From the NCBI GenBank assembly GCA_963755715.1, contig CAVWLW010000027.1, positions 32,001-96,000 of the forward strand: a stretch of DNA of 64,000 nt. Direction: 5' to 3'. Of this stretch, positions 29,899 through 40,712 are shown piece by piece. This DNA is from an uncultured delta proteobacterium (GTDB lineage: Bacteria; Desulfobacterota; Binatia; UBA9968). The notes beneath the pieces are model-generated. The model ran no database searches, was not told the origin of the DNA, and saw only the letters and a program-made list of their open reading frames with translations. Position 1 is the first letter of the stretch, and each line of letters starts with the position of its first letter. Made by a program: the position numbers and the translations under genes.

Positions 29899-31554
29899 AT
29901 GGATTCAGTGAAGATCATACCGCTCGGCGGTCTGGGCGAGTTCGGCCTCAACATGATGTTGATCGAATACGGCGACGCCGCCATCGCTGTCGATTGCGGC
30001 CTCATGTTTCCGAGCGCCGATCTTTTGGGCATCGATCTGGTCATTCCCGACGTAAGCTATCTGCTCGAGACTCGAGACAAACTCAAAGCGATCGTACTCA
30101 CTCACGCGCACGAAGACCATGTCGGCGCGTTGCCGTATATTCTGGAACACTTCGACGTGCCGATCTTCGGCACGCGCCTGACACTCGGACTCCTGGCCAA
30201 CAAACTCACCGAGCATGACTTGGAAGACACGGCGGACGTGCGCCAAATCACCGCTGGGGTGCCGTGGGACATCGCGCCGTTTCGTATCGAAGGCATTCGC
30301 GTGACGCACAGCCTGATGGACTGCCTGGCGCTGGCCATCGAAACGCCGATTGGAACTATTATCCACACTGGCGACTTCAAGATCGACAACACACCGATGG
30401 AAGGCGAGATGTTCGACTTCCAGACCTTTGCCGCCTACGGCGAAAAAGGCGTGTTGCTGCTGCTATCCGACTCGACCAACGTCGAGCGCCCGGGCTACAC
30501 GCCATCGGAACGGGAAGTCGGCACCAATCTCGAGCAGATCATGCAGCGCAGCACCGGTAAAGTGTTGGTCTCGACTTTTTCATCGAGCATCCCGAGGATT
30601 CAACAGGTCGTCGATATCTCCGAGCGTTGCGGCCGGCGCGTCGTACTGAGCGGGCGAAGCATGATCCGTAACGGTCAGGTCGCGGCGGAATTGGGCTATC
30701 TTCATTTGCCGCGCAACTTCATGACCGAAAGCGATCGTTGGCACGACCTGCCGCTCGATCAGCTCACGTTTCTCACCACCGGCAGCCAAGGCGAGCCTCT
30801 TTCGGTGCTGCACCGCGTCGCCTTGAACGACCACAAAACCATCAAGATCGACCCCGGCGACACCGTGATTCTTTCCTCCAAGTTCATTCCCGGCAACGAG
30901 AAAACGATTTCCAATTTGATCAATCACCTGTATCGGCGCGGCGCCGAGGTGCACTACGAAAAAGTCTCGGAGATCCATGTTTCCGGTCACGCGAGCCAGG
31001 AAGAGCTTAAGACGATGCTGCAACTCACCCGGCCGCGTTATTTTGTGCCGATCCACGGCGAGTATCGCCACCTCGTGCGCCATCGGCGCTTGGCCCAAGA
31101 CGTCGGCATCCCGGCGGCAAACTGCTTTTTACTCGAAGACGGCGATGTCCTGGAACTGACCGCGAACAGCGCGCAAAAAACCAAGGCGATCCAGGTAGGG
31201 AAAGTTTTTGTCGATGGCAAAGGAGTCGGCGACGTCGGCGACATCGTCATCCGCGACCGCCGCCATCTATCGGAAGACGGCATGGTGCTGGTCGTGATGG
31301 CCATCCATCAGCAGTCGGGCGAAGTGGTGGCTGGGCCGGATCTTATCTCGCGCGGCTTCATGCGCGCGGAGGAAAGCGAAGAAGTTTTAGAGACCGCCAA
31401 AAAAGTAGTTCTCGAAACTCTGGGCGGCATCAACCGGGAAACCCGCACCGATCCAGCCGAGCTCAAAGAAGAAGTGCGCAAGGCCCTACGGCGCTTTTTT
31501 CGAAAAAAATTGGAGCGCCATCCCTTTGTTCTCCCGTACATCATCGAAACTTGA
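29899..31554 (+). CDS. rnj: Ribonuclease J
   Basis: PLGGLGEFG, THAHEDHVG, HTGDFK, GSQGEP, IHVSGHA, PIHGEYRH. Confidence 0.96.
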   Translation: MDSVKIIPLGGLGEFGLNMMLIEYGDAAIAVDCGLMFPSADLLGIDLVIPDVSYLLETRDKLKAIVLTHAHEDHVGALPYILEHFDVPIFGTRLTLGLLANKLTEHDLEDTADVRQITAGVPWDIAPFRIEGIRVTHSLMDCLALAIETPIGTIIHTGDFKIDNTPMEGEMFDFQTFAAYGEKGVLLLLSDSTNVERPGYTPSEREVGTNLEQIMQRSTGKVLVSTFSSSIPRIQQVVDISERCGRRVVLSGRSMIRNGQVAAELGYLHLPRNFMTESDRWHDLPLDQLTFLTTGSQGEPLSVLHRVALNDHKTIKIDPGDTVILSSKFIPGNEKTISNLINHLYRRGAEVHYEKVSEIHVSGHASQEELKTMLQLTRPRYFVPIHGEYRHLVRHRRLAQDVGIPAANCFLLEDGDVLELTANSAQKTKAIQVGKVFVDGKGVGDVGDIVIRDRRHLSEDGMVLVVMAIHQQSGEVVAGPDLISRGFMRAEESEEVLETAKKVVLETLGGINRETRTDPAELKEEVRKALRRFFRKKLERHPFVLPYIIET

Positions 31555-31566
31555 GGAAACGCACCT

Positions 31567-33828
31567 ATGTCCAGTGCTCCGGAAAAGGGTCGGCTCCATC
31601 GTGAAATTTGGGGCGTGGTCATTTGCCTGACGGCCTTGCTGATCGCGCTCAGCTTGATTTCCTACAGCGCCGCCGACCGTTCGCTCAATACGCCATCAGG
31701 CGCGCTCGATGCCCATAACTGGGGCGGCTTTATCGGCGCTTTTTTGGCCGATCTGCTGCTGCAAAGCCTGGGCATCACCGCTTATCTCGTGCCGGTTCTT
31801 CTATGCGTGGCGGCGATCCGAATGTTTCGCGCCAATTACCAAGGAATCCAGGTCACCAAGACAGTCGCTTACGCCATTTTGCTCTTGAGCCTCGGGGTGA
31901 TTCTGAGCGTGGTGATCGATACCGAAAGCGCGCGCGACGCCGGCGGCATCATCGGCGGCTTTCTCAATGAAAGCGTTCTGGTTCCTCTTTTCGGCCGGTT
32001 GAGTGCGGTCCTGATCGCCTGCTTTACGATGCTTTTGTCGGTGATGGTGCTCACGCAACACTCGTTATTCGATCTGATCGGCCATACCAAAAAGAGCTTT
32101 GTCGATTTCAGAAAGTCGTTCGTTCCCGCCATTAACAATCGGCTAAAGGAGTTTAAGGACAAGAGCGACAAACGCAAAGGCGAGAATACCAAGAAAGAAA
32201 AAAAGGACTACATCCCGCCGCCGATCGTCTTGAAAGATGAAGTCAAAGACGACCCGACGGCGAAAAAGCTGCCAAAAAAGCCGGCGCTGCCGCCGGAGCA
32301 ATTCAAGCTCCCGGAGGTTGGCGAAGGCTATAAGCTGCCGCCGTCAGAGTTGCTGGATCCCTCCGAAGGCGAGCAATTCAAGATCGATAAAGAAACGCTC
32401 CACGCCAATTCGCTCATCCTGCAAAAGAAGCTCGAGGATTTTGGCGTCGAAGGCGAAGTGGTGGCGGTGCGTCCCGGTCCGGTCATCACCATGTACGAAT
32501 TCAAGCCCGCGGCGGGCGTCAAAGTACGTCGCATCGTGATGCTGGCGGATGATCTCGCCATGGCGCTGCGCGCCGTGAGCGTGCGCATCCTGGCGCCGAT
32601 CCCCGGTGAATCAGTAGTCGGCATCGAGATTCCCAACCCGCGCCGCGAAACGGTTTATTTACGCGAAGTAATTGAAAGCGAAAGCTATCGTGGCACGGAC
32701 TCGAAGATTACCCTCGCACTCGGCAAAGATATCGGCGGCACGCCGTTCGCGACCGATCTCGGCAGGATGCCCCATCTACTCGTCGCGGGCGCCACCGGCA
32801 CCGGCAAATCGATTTCGATCAACGCGATGATTTTGAGCATTCTTTTCAAGTCGAGCCCACAGGACGTGAAATTCATCATGGTCGACCCAAAGATGCTCGA
32901 GCTCACGGTTTATGAAGATATCCCGCACTTACTGGTGCCGGTCGTGACCGATCCAAAAAAGGCAGCCGCGGCGCTCTTTTGGGCAATGGATGAAATGGAC
33001 CGCCGCTATCGTCTAATGAGGGACAAAGGAGCGCGCAACATCGACAATTACAATCGCACGCTCGAAAGAGAAGCCGGCAGCAAGAGAAGCGTCATCGATC
33101 TAATGGAGCCGGAAGCAACAGAAGAAACGCCCGTCGTCGGTGGCAATCTTTCCCCGGTCGCCCCGCTCGTGCATGAAAAACTGCCGAGAATCGTGATCAT
33201 TATCGATGAATTGGCCGATCTTATGATGACGGTCGGACGCGATATCGAGGAATACATTACGAGGCTGGCGCAAAAAGCGCGCGCCGCGGGCATTCATTTG
33301 ATTCTCGCGACTCAGCGCCCCTCCGTGGACGTAATTACCGGGTTGATCAAAGCAAATTTTCCGGCGCGAATTTCATTTCAAGTGACTTCCCGTGTCGATT
33401 CGCGAACGATTTTGGACTCTATGGGGGGTGAGAAACTCCTGGGCAATGGCGATTTACTTTTTCTGCCACCGGGAACCGCACGCATAATCCGGGTGCATGG
33501 CGCGTTTGTCTCAGACCAAGAGGTCCTTCGGGTGATGAAATTCATCAAGCAGCAGGGCCGGCCAACCTATCGACCGGAAGTGCTCGAGGCCAAGAGAGAA
33601 ATCGAAGCGGCGGCGGCAGCCGATGAAGAATATGACGAGATGTACGATCAGGCGCTCGCGATCGTCACGGAAACCCAGCAGGCTTCGATCTCTATGATTC
33701 AACGGAGATTGCGGGTAGGATACAATCGCGCGGCTCGGATGATCGAGCAAATGGAAAGAGACGGTGTGGTCGGACCCCCCGACGGTGCCAAACCCCGTGA
33801 AGTTTATGCACGAAAAATCGACGCTTAA
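31567..33828 (+). CDS. ftsK: DNA translocase FtsK
   Basis: N-terminal TM region, MPHLLVAGATGTGKS, DELADLM, ATQRPSVDV, gamma domain QRRLRVGYNRAAR. Confidence 0.97.
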   Translation: MSSAPEKGRLHREIWGVVICLTALLIALSLISYSAADRSLNTPSGALDAHNWGGFIGAFLADLLLQSLGITAYLVPVLLCVAAIRMFRANYQGIQVTKTVAYAILLLSLGVILSVVIDTESARDAGGIIGGFLNESVLVPLFGRLSAVLIACFTMLLSVMVLTQHSLFDLIGHTKKSFVDFRKSFVPAINNRLKEFKDKSDKRKGENTKKEKKDYIPPPIVLKDEVKDDPTAKKLPKKPALPPEQFKLPEVGEGYKLPPSELLDPSEGEQFKIDKETLHANSLILQKKLEDFGVEGEVVAVRPGPVITMYEFKPAAGVKVRRIVMLADDLAMALRAVSVRILAPIPGESVVGIEIPNPRRETVYLREVIESESYRGTDSKITLALGKDIGGTPFATDLGRMPHLLVAGATGTGKSISINAMILSILFKSSPQDVKFIMVDPKMLELTVYEDIPHLLVPVVTDPKKAAAALFWAMDEMDRRYRLMRDKGARNIDNYNRTLEREAGSKRSVIDLMEPEATEETPVVGGNLSPVAPLVHEKLPRIVIIIDELADLMMTVGRDIEEYITRLAQKARAAGIHLILATQRPSVDVITGLIKANFPARISFQVTSRVDSRTILDSMGGEKLLGNGDLLFLPPGTARIIRVHGAFVSDQEVLRVMKFIKQQGRPTYRPEVLEAKREIEAAAAADEEYDEMYDQALAIVTETQQASISMIQRRLRVGYNRAARMIEQMERDGVVGPPDGAKPREVYARKIDA

Positions 33829-34492
33829 GACGCCTGGATGGATAGCCTGCTTCTTTATACTAACGCTTATGGCGTTCGCCCTAGTGCAATGGAGCGGCGC
33901 CGCGGAGAACAACAACGCCGATGCGATCGTCGACAAGTTACAAAAAAATTACGACGCGACGGTGGATTTTGTCGCGGACTTCCGTCAGGAAACTGAAGTC
34001 AAAACTCTCAACCGCAGTCTCAAAGCATCGGGCAAGCTATCCTTCAAGCGTCCCGGCAAGATGCTCTGGCGTTACGACGAACCGAAAGGACAGTTCGTGC
34101 TCGCCGACGGCAAGCATCTGTATTTTTATCAGCCGGAGCAAAATCAAGTGATCAAAAGCCCGCTCAAAAATGCTTTTCGCGGCGATATTCCACTCTCTTT
34201 CCTGCTCGGCTTGGGAAATTTGAAAAAGGATTTCAATGCTACCCTCAAGGCAAGCGAAGACAATCAGTATGTCTTGCGCCTCGAACCCAAGGGCGAGGCC
34301 GGAGGATTCACGGAAATTCTCCTCGGCGTCAACAAGACATCCTTCGATATCGTCTGGGTAAGCGTGCGCGATGCGGCGAGCAATCTGACGACCGTGCGCT
34401 TTTCCGCCATGCGCAAAGGCGTCGGCTTAAAGGATTCGTTATTTGACGCGCAGATTCCGAAAGGCGCCGATGTGGTTGAGCTAGGACAATGA
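33806..34492 (+). CDS. lolA: Outer-membrane lipoprotein carrier LolA
   Basis: ADFRQ, KRPGKMLWRY, DGKHLYFY; conserved ftsK-lolA order. Confidence 0.9.
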   Translation: MHEKSTLKTPGWIACFFILTLMAFALVQWSGAAENNNADAIVDKLQKNYDATVDFVADFRQETEVKTLNRSLKASGKLSFKRPGKMLWRYDEPKGQFVLADGKHLYFYQPEQNQVIKSPLKNAFRGDIPLSFLLGLGNLKKDFNATLKASEDNQYVLRLEPKGEAGGFTEILLGVNKTSFDIVWVSVRDAASNLTTVRFSAMRKGVGLKDSLFDAQIPKGADVVELGQ

Positions 34493-35841
34493 GCGAGACC
34501 AAACAAAAATTCAACATTATCAGTTTGGGATGCGCCCGTAACCTGGTCGATTCCGAAGTCATGGCCGGGCTGCTGCACAAGAACAATTTCGAAATGGTGC
34601 GCGAGCCCGAGCTCGCTGACATTGTCCTGGTCAATACTTGCGGCTTTATCGGCGCCGCTAAAGAAGAATCCATCGATACCATCCTCGATGTGGCGCGACT
34701 CAAAGAAACGGGACAAATAAAAAAACTCGTTGTCGCCGGATGCCTCTCCCAGCGCTATCCGGACGAACTCGCCGCCGAATTACCGGAAGTCGATCTGTTC
34801 ATCGGCACCGGCGAAGTCCCGCGCATCGCCGAAATCCTGCGCGAGCATGAAGCGAACACCGCCCGGCGCCAATTTATCGGCGTTCCGAGTTACATTTACG
34901 ATCACGCCACGCCTCGTTTACGATCGACGCCTTCCTATACCGCATTTCTAAAAGTATCGGAGGGGTGCGATCACAAATGTGCTTTCTGCATCATCCCGCA
35001 AATGCGCGGCCCGCACCGCAGCCGCTCGATCGATTCGGTGGTCGAAGAAACAGCCGAGCTCGCGCAAAACGGCGTCAAAGAGATCAATCTCATCGCGCAA
35101 GATCTCACCGCTTACGGTCGAGACCGAAAAGACGGCACCACCCTCGAACGTTTGCTGTGCAGAATGGAAAAAGTACCAGGGATCGAGTGGATTCGGCTTT
35201 TATACGCTTATCCTAACTTTCTCGATTTACCGCTCCTCGAGCTCATCCGCGACAGCGATAAAATCTGCAAGTACATGGATATTCCCTTTCAACACAGCAG
35301 CAAATCGGTCTTGCAGCGAATGCGCCGGGGCAAAAGCGGCAGCGCCGTTCGAGAAGCAGTGAGTAAACTGCGCCAATCGATTCCCGGATTGACCCTGCGC
35401 ACGTCATTGATCGTTGGGTTTCCGGGCGAGAGCGAAGCGGATTTCGCGGAACTTTTGCAGTTCGTGGAGGAAGCAGAATTCGAGAGACTCGGTGTATTCA
35501 AGTACTCCGAGGAAGAAGGCACCGCCGCGGCGCGCATGCCAGGGAAGGTTTCGGAACAAGATAAAGAACGGCGTTGGCAGGAAGTGATGGACTTGCAATC
35601 AACGATCTCACGAAAAAAGAACGAGGCCTTGATTGGGAGCATTCAGCGCGTTATGATCGACGAGGTCGATCTTGACTCCGACAAAGCAACGGGTCGTACC
35701 CAAGCCCACGCACCGGAGGTGGACGGAACCGTATATGTGGAAGGTTTGGCAGGAGAGACTACAGTTTGCGGCGAAATGGTCGATGTCAGAATCACCGGTG
35801 CCCTCGATTACGACCTGATAGGTGAGATTATCAATGCCTAA
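34489..35841 (+). CDS. rimO: Ribosomal protein S12 methylthiotransferase RimO
   Basis: SLGCARNLVDSE, NTCGFI, EGCDHKCAFC radical SAM motif, APEVDG. Confidence 0.95.
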   Translation: MSETKQKFNIISLGCARNLVDSEVMAGLLHKNNFEMVREPELADIVLVNTCGFIGAAKEESIDTILDVARLKETGQIKKLVVAGCLSQRYPDELAAELPEVDLFIGTGEVPRIAEILREHEANTARRQFIGVPSYIYDHATPRLRSTPSYTAFLKVSEGCDHKCAFCIIPQMRGPHRSRSIDSVVEETAELAQNGVKEINLIAQDLTAYGRDRKDGTTLERLLCRMEKVPGIEWIRLLYAYPNFLDLPLLELIRDSDKICKYMDIPFQHSSKSVLQRMRRGKSGSAVREAVSKLRQSIPGLTLRTSLIVGFPGESEADFAELLQFVEEAEFERLGVFKYSEEEGTAAARMPGKVSEQDKERRWQEVMDLQSTISRKKNEALIGSIQRVMIDEVDLDSDKATGRTQAHAPEVDGTVYVEGLAGETTVCGEMVDVRITGALDYDLIGEIINA

Positions 35842-36292
35842 AACCGATCCCGATAAAGAAAAAAAACAACGAAGAGATTTCTTGAAACAAGCTTCGGATA
35901 TGCTCGAGGAGATGAAGCGGCAACTGATGAAAGAAATGCAAGGCCGCGTCAAAGAAGAGACCGAAGGGGTGAAAGACGAAGGCCGTGACACCTACGATCT
36001 CGCCAGCGATGAGAGAGATCGAGAAATCAATTTTATTCTCAACGATCGCGAGCGCGAAAAGCTCGTCGCCATCGACGACGCGCTCCAGCGGATCGCCGAT
36101 AAAACCTACGGTATTTGCGAGAGCTGCGAAGGTGAAATCCAACTGGGCCGCTTAAAAATCCTGCCTTTTACGCGCCTTTGCGTGAGATGCCAGGAAGAGA
36201 ACGAAAGAGAAGCGAAGCGGCAAAAAACTTTAGAAAACGAACGCAGCTACCGTAAGCTGGATCTCGCCGACACGGAAGAAGACGGTTTTTAA
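35834..36292 (+). CDS. dksA: TraR/DksA-family transcription factor
   Basis: DTYDLA (DxxDxA) coiled-coil tip, YGICESC..CVRC zinc finger. Confidence 0.75.
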   Translation: MPKTDPDKEKKQRRDFLKQASDMLEEMKRQLMKEMQGRVKEETEGVKDEGRDTYDLASDERDREINFILNDREREKLVAIDDALQRIADKTYGICESCEGEIQLGRLKILPFTRLCVRCQEENEREAKRQKTLENERSYRKLDLADTEEDGF

Positions 36293-36415
36293 TTCTAGCG
36301 CCGGGTCGCGCCAGCCAATCTCGCCATAGCACTCAATCCTAAATCCAAGCTAATTCTCGGTCCCGGCCACCGGGCCAAACAACATTCGATTCAACGCATT
36401 CAATTTGAAGTGAAC

Positions 36416-36455
36416 AAAAAAATGGGCATGGCGTGCGCCGCCATGCCCATTTTTT
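36416..36455. terminator. Bidirectional intrinsic terminator
   Basis: AAAAAAATGGGCATGGCG-tgcgc-CGCCATGCCCATTTTTT. Confidence 0.9.
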
Positions 36456-36480
36456 AGACCTGCCACAATCGGAGACGAGC

Positions 36481-36852
36481 TTACTCGCCTTTCGCTGGCG
36501 TGAATTCCATCTTGCTCAAGAAATTTTTCTCGCCTTTAGTCGTGTACTCGACAACTGCCGAAGAGCCGAGGCCAACGTCTCCCATCTTCACTTTCGTCTC
36601 TTTAATCTCAGTTGCCTTGGTCTTCTGGTTAAAATCCAAAGTGATTAACTTTCCCTCTTTAGTGACGACAATCATGTAGTTTTTTTCGGTATCCAATAAA
36701 CCTATGTCGCCTGAAACCTTCTCCGCTTTAGCCTTGGCCGGTTCGGCTTTCTTCTCTTCCGCCTTCTTTTCCTCTTGGGCAACAACCGGTAACGCCAAAG
36801 ACGCCGCCAGTAACAAAGCCAACCCGCCTAAAGCCATCGTATTCGCTCTCAT
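36481..36852 (-). CDS. Exported small beta-barrel/OB-like protein, PAKGE paralog 1 (Sec signal)
   Basis: MRANTMALGG..VVAQ signal, GDIGLLDTEKNYMIVVTKEGKL, ends FTPAKGE. Confidence 0.75.
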   Translation of the reverse strand: MRANTMALGGLALLLAASLALPVVAQEEKKAEEKKAEPAKAKAEKVSGDIGLLDTEKNYMIVVTKEGKLITLDFNQKTKATEIKETKVKMGDVGLGSSAVVEYTTKGEKNFLSKMEFTPAKGE

Positions 36853-36904
36853 TTGCGTGTTTCCTCCTGATTCGTAATTAAGACTTTTCAAGCCAGCGGT
36901 CTTC

Positions 36905-37345
36905 TTACTCGCCCTTTGCCGGCACAAATTCGATATTCGTAGCGATACTCTTTTCTCCTTCTTTAGTATATTGCACAACCGCCGACGAGCCGAGCCCGAT
37001 GTCGGCGACTTTGCTTTCGACCGGCTCCTTCTGGGTCGGCTGATATTTGGCGTCGAAATCAATCGTCACGAGCTTGCCTTCTTTAGTTACCAGAATCATA
37101 TAGTTCTTTTCGGTATCCAGAAGTCCGACATCGCCAGCGAGCTTGGTTGCTTTCGCCTTTTCAGCTCCCTTTTCCTCGGGCGCTTTCCCGTCGGCCTTCT
37201 CGGCCGGCGCTTTGGCTTCGGCCTTTGCAGCCGGGGCGGGTGCCGGAGCCGGCTTAGGCGCCATTTCTTCTTGGCTCGAACATCCTGAGAGCGCAAATAT
37301 TACAGACACTGCTGCAACACCAGTAATTGATAACAGGCTCTTCAT
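36905..37345 (-). CDS. Lipoprotein, PAKGE paralog 2
   Basis: LSGC lipobox, PA-rich linker, same domain, ends FVPAKGE. Confidence 0.8.
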   Translation of the reverse strand: MKSLLSITGVAAVSVIFALSGCSSQEEMAPKPAPAPAPAAKAEAKAPAEKADGKAPEEKGAEKAKATKLAGDVGLLDTEKNYMILVTKEGKLVTIDFDAKYQPTQKEPVESKVADIGLGSSAVVQYTKEGEKSIATNIEFVPAKGE

Positions 37346-37469
37346 TTTACCTCCGTAATAAAGAGAATTTCTTTGGATTAGCGACGATACTTATCGTGAC
37401 CGTCAGGTCATCTCAATACGCTTTAGGTATGATTTTGCCTTTCCTCCCCGTCATGAAACTCGATCGTTA

Positions 37470-37485
37470 TACAACTAAAGTTGTA
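37470..37485. promoter_or_regulatory. 7-2-7 palindrome, NarL-type operator
   Basis: TACAACT-AA-AGTTGTA perfect inverted repeat in the divergent promoter region. Confidence 0.65.
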
Positions 37486-37582
37486 GAACGCTTGATGAAC
37501 CTATTTCATCCGTTTGCATGTGTGCATAATTGATGTATTTTCATTTCAACTACATAATTGGTCGAGTATCGTGAGGTAGCTT

Positions 37583-38248
37583 ATGTTACCGATTAAAGTC
37601 GTAATCGCCGACGATCACGCGCTGTTCCGGGACGGTTTGCGGAAAATATTATCGCTCGAAAAAGATATTCTCGTTGTCGGTGAAGCTGGAAACGGCGACG
37701 AAGTCCCCAAGGTCGTTGAACGGACCAAACCGGACGTATTGCTCCTCGACCTAAAGATGCCCAAAGGGGACGTCGTCCAAAACCTTCTCGATGTCGGTGC
37801 TAGAAGTCCATCCACTCGGGTCATGATCCTGACCGCGTTTTCCGACGAAGAAAACGTCCTGAACGCCGCCAAGGGAGGGGCTAAAGGCTACGTGCCCAAG
37901 GGAGTCCCTTCGGCAACTCTGCTACAGGCAATTAAAGTGGTCTATGGCGGCGGCTATTGGATCGATCGGGAAGTCCCATCGTGGGAAACTTTTCAAGAAA
38001 TCGTCCAAGATCAAGCAGCGCCGCGCGAGGCCGCGCCCCCCGTTGATGAAAGTATTAAAACTCTGACGAAAAGAGAGATGGAAATCTTAAGACTGGTTGC
38101 CGAGGGTCTAACCAACGAGGAAATCGGCAAGAAAATTTTTATCAGCGAAAAGACGGTCAAAACACACCTGACTAACATTTTCGACAAGCTCAAAGTCAAT
38201 AACCGGTTTAAGGCAGCGCTCATGCTGATGGGAAACTCGAGTAATTGA
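37583..38248 (+). CDS. NarL/FixJ (LuxR-HTH) response regulator
   Basis: VVIADDH, LLLDLKMP, LTKREMEIL..GLTNEEIG..ISEKTVKTH. Confidence 0.93.
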   Translation: MLPIKVVIADDHALFRDGLRKILSLEKDILVVGEAGNGDEVPKVVERTKPDVLLLDLKMPKGDVVQNLLDVGARSPSTRVMILTAFSDEENVLNAAKGGAKGYVPKGVPSATLLQAIKVVYGGGYWIDREVPSWETFQEIVQDQAAPREAAPPVDESIKTLTKREMEILRLVAEGLTNEEIGKKIFISEKTVKTHLTNIFDKLKVNNRFKAALMLMGNSSN

Positions 38249-38316
38249 GTCGACACCGCAACAAAGGCAAACTTCGTTCAACTGCGAGGCAGGTACCGCG
38301 AATACGGTAAACCATA

Positions 38317-39555
38317 ATGACGAGCCCTGACAAAATCACGCCTGAAGACGGGTGGCTGTTGCAGCGGGTCACCGCCGTGGCTTGGTTGCGCGTGGCTTTC
38401 GCGGTGGTGGCCGTCCTGGTGATACAACTCAATCCGGAACGAGTGGCTCGTTTTCCGACATTGTCATTTGTTTCGCTGATCTCTTTTTTACTCTATAGCC
38501 TGGTTGTCCTCTATTTCGCCCGCCGAAGCGAGCTCGCGTCGGCGTGGGTTGGGATACTGACGAACGCTCTTGACGTGGTCTGGATCGCGGTCATCGTCTT
38601 TTCCACCGGCGGAACCCGCACGCCGTTTTTCTTTTATTATTCATTCCCCGTCATCACGGCGAGTATCCGTTGGGGACTCAAGGGCAGCATTCCAGTCGCA
38701 CTCGCTGGCGTCGTGCTCTACGGCATTGTCCGGCTGACCCTCGCCGCAGAATCGCTCGAGGGGCCGATCGGAATTGACACCCTACTTGTTCGAAGTCTCT
38801 ACCTGATCGTCCTGGCCGGCATCTTTGGTTACATTTGCGAATTTGAGCGAAACCAAAATCAGCGTCTGTTAACGCTCTCAAGAACGGCGGGCGAAGTAGC
38901 AACTCTTCAGGAAAGACGCAGGATCCTGTTCGAATTGCATGATGGAATCCTCCAATCACTCGCTACTTTGATTCTCCGTCTTGAAGGTTGTCGCAGAGAC
39001 CTAGCTGATTCCCAAAAAGAATTGATTGATGAAATGCGATCGCTGGAAGATCTTACCAGAGATTCGATGAAAGAAATCCGCCAGTTTCTTATGGGCCAAG
39101 CGACAAAACCGCTCATCGCCGGCACTCTCGTGGAAAAATTGCGTGAAGAAGCGCGGTTTTTGCGCGACGGTATGGGCTTGGATGTGATTCTGGAGAGTGA
39201 GCCGGAGGAGCTGAATTTACCGGCGGATATAGAGCGCGAGATCTATTACGTTCTTCGCGAAGCTTTAACCAATGTAACGCGTCATTCGCACGCGTCGAAG
39301 ACTGATATCCATCTTGTGCGCAATAATGGCCGGTTGGAAGGATCGCTGTCGGATAACGGCGTCGGATTCCAGAAAGAGATCATAAAGAGTGAAACGCGAT
39401 TCGGTTTGGCCGGGATGGAACAAAGGGTAAAACAACTCGGGGGAGAATTTTTGGTCAAATCCTCCCCCGGTAACGGCACTAAAATATCCTTCTTCATTCC
39501 GATCGCGTCACAGCCGAAACGCCGGGACAAGATCGAGCCACTGCCCGCGGCTTGA
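38317..39555 (+). CDS. Intramembrane-sensing histidine kinase (HisKA_3)
   Basis: Multiple TM segments, ERRRILFELHDGILQ, EALTNVTRH, DNGVGF, FGLAGM. Confidence 0.9.
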   Translation: MTSPDKITPEDGWLLQRVTAVAWLRVAFAVVAVLVIQLNPERVARFPTLSFVSLISFLLYSLVVLYFARRSELASAWVGILTNALDVVWIAVIVFSTGGTRTPFFFYYSFPVITASIRWGLKGSIPVALAGVVLYGIVRLTLAAESLEGPIGIDTLLVRSLYLIVLAGIFGYICEFERNQNQRLLTLSRTAGEVATLQERRRILFELHDGILQSLATLILRLEGCRRDLADSQKELIDEMRSLEDLTRDSMKEIRQFLMGQATKPLIAGTLVEKLREEARFLRDGMGLDVILESEPEELNLPADIEREIYYVLREALTNVTRHSHASKTDIHLVRNNGRLEGSLSDNGVGFQKEIIKSETRFGLAGMEQRVKQLGGEFLVKSSPGNGTKISFFIPIASQPKRRDKIEPLPAA

Positions 39556-39580
39556 TCCCGCTTGATTTACTGGTTTTTCG

Positions 39581-39954
39581 CTATTCACCTTTGGCAGGAC
39601 TGAATTCCATCTTTGTTAGAAAATTCTTATCGGCCTTCGTCACGTACTCCACACTTGCGGCCGACCCAAGTCCGACCTCCGCCATTTTCACCTTCGTTTG
39701 CTTAATTTCCTGCGCTTTAGTTTTGCTGTTGTAATCCAGCGTAATGAGTTTGCCCTCTTTGGTCACCACGATCATGTAGTTTTTTTCCGTATCCAACAAG
39801 CCGATATCGCCCGCTACTTTCTCCGCCTTGGCCTTCGCGGGCTCAGTTCCCTTCTTTGCCTCGTCCGCTTTCTTCTCCTGGGCAATGACTGGCAATGCCA
39901 AAGCCGCCGCCAAAACACGCCCGCAACACCTGCAATCTTTGTTTGCGCTCTCAT
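39581..39954 (-). CDS. Exported protein, PAKGE paralog 3 (frameshift in signal region)
   Basis: Start MRAQTKIAGV at 39954 with AGGAGG RBS, joined by a 1-nt indel in a T run to ORF 39581-39913; ends FSPAKGE. Confidence 0.75.
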
Positions 39955-39986
39955 TCGCGTTTCCTCCTTAAGTCTATGGTCGGATC

Positions 39987-40415
39987 TCACTCACCCTTGG
40001 CCGGTAGAAATTCAACATTGGTTGCGACGTTCTTGTCGCCTTCTTTGGTGTATTGCACGACCGCAGATGAGCCAAGGCCGACATCAGCCATTTTCGCGGG
40101 ATGCGGCGTCTTCTCGACCGGCTGAAACTTCGGATCGAAGTCGAGGGTTACCAGCTTCCCGTCTTTCGTGACTAAAATCATATAATTTTTTTCCGTGTCC
40201 AAGAGCCCGACATCGCCGGCTAGCTTGGTCGCCTTGGCCTTCTCGGCTGCCTTTTCTTCGGGCGCTTTGGTCTCAGCCTTGGCCGCCGGTGCTGGCGCTG
40301 CTGGAGCGGGCTTAGGAGGCGGCTTGGACGCCATCTCTTCCTGCGTCGAGCATGCGGAAACCATCAGCATTATTGAGATGGCGGCTACGCTAGTAAATGA
40401 GTTAAGATTTTTCAT
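39987..40415 (-). CDS. Lipoprotein, PAKGE paralog 4
   Basis: VSAC lipobox, PA-rich linker, ends FLPAKGE. Confidence 0.8.
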   Translation of the reverse strand: MKNLNSFTSVAAISIMLMVSACSTQEEMASKPPPKPAPAAPAPAAKAETKAPEEKAAEKAKATKLAGDVGLLDTEKNYMILVTKDGKLVTLDFDPKFQPVEKTPHPAKMADVGLGSSAVVQYTKEGDKNVATNVEFLPAKGE

Positions 40416-40431
40416 TTTCTCCTCCCAGAAA

Positions 40432-40494
40432 TAAGACTTAAGTCGTGTTAACTAAGCCTAGAGTCGTATACTGCACGGCGAGTCAACTTGTCAA
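40432..40494 (-). promoter_or_regulatory. Sigma-70-like promoter with two 7-2-7 sites
   Basis: TTGACA-18-TATACG; TAAGACT-TA-AGTCGTG (40432) and TAAGCCT-AG-AGTCGTA (40453). Confidence 0.55.
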
Positions 40495-40655
40495 GCGCTA
40501 AAGCCAATCCAACAAATATTTTGGACAAGATTTTGATTTATTACGAGATCGGCGGCGTTTTACCTTCGACAAATCGGTCACGGCGATTTTTCTGATAGCT
40601 CGTACACTTTTAGTGCGTGGCCGGTATCCGCAAAGTTGCCTCAGGCAAACAAAAT

Positions 40656-40691
40656 AAAAAAGGGGAAGCCATCTCTGACTTCCCCCTTTTT
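40656..40691 (-). terminator. Intrinsic terminator after the porin gene
   Basis: AAAAAAGGGGAAG..CTTCCCCCTTTTT hairpin. Confidence 0.75.
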
Positions 40692-40712
40692 GGTTGAGTT
40701 TCTAAGTTTCGC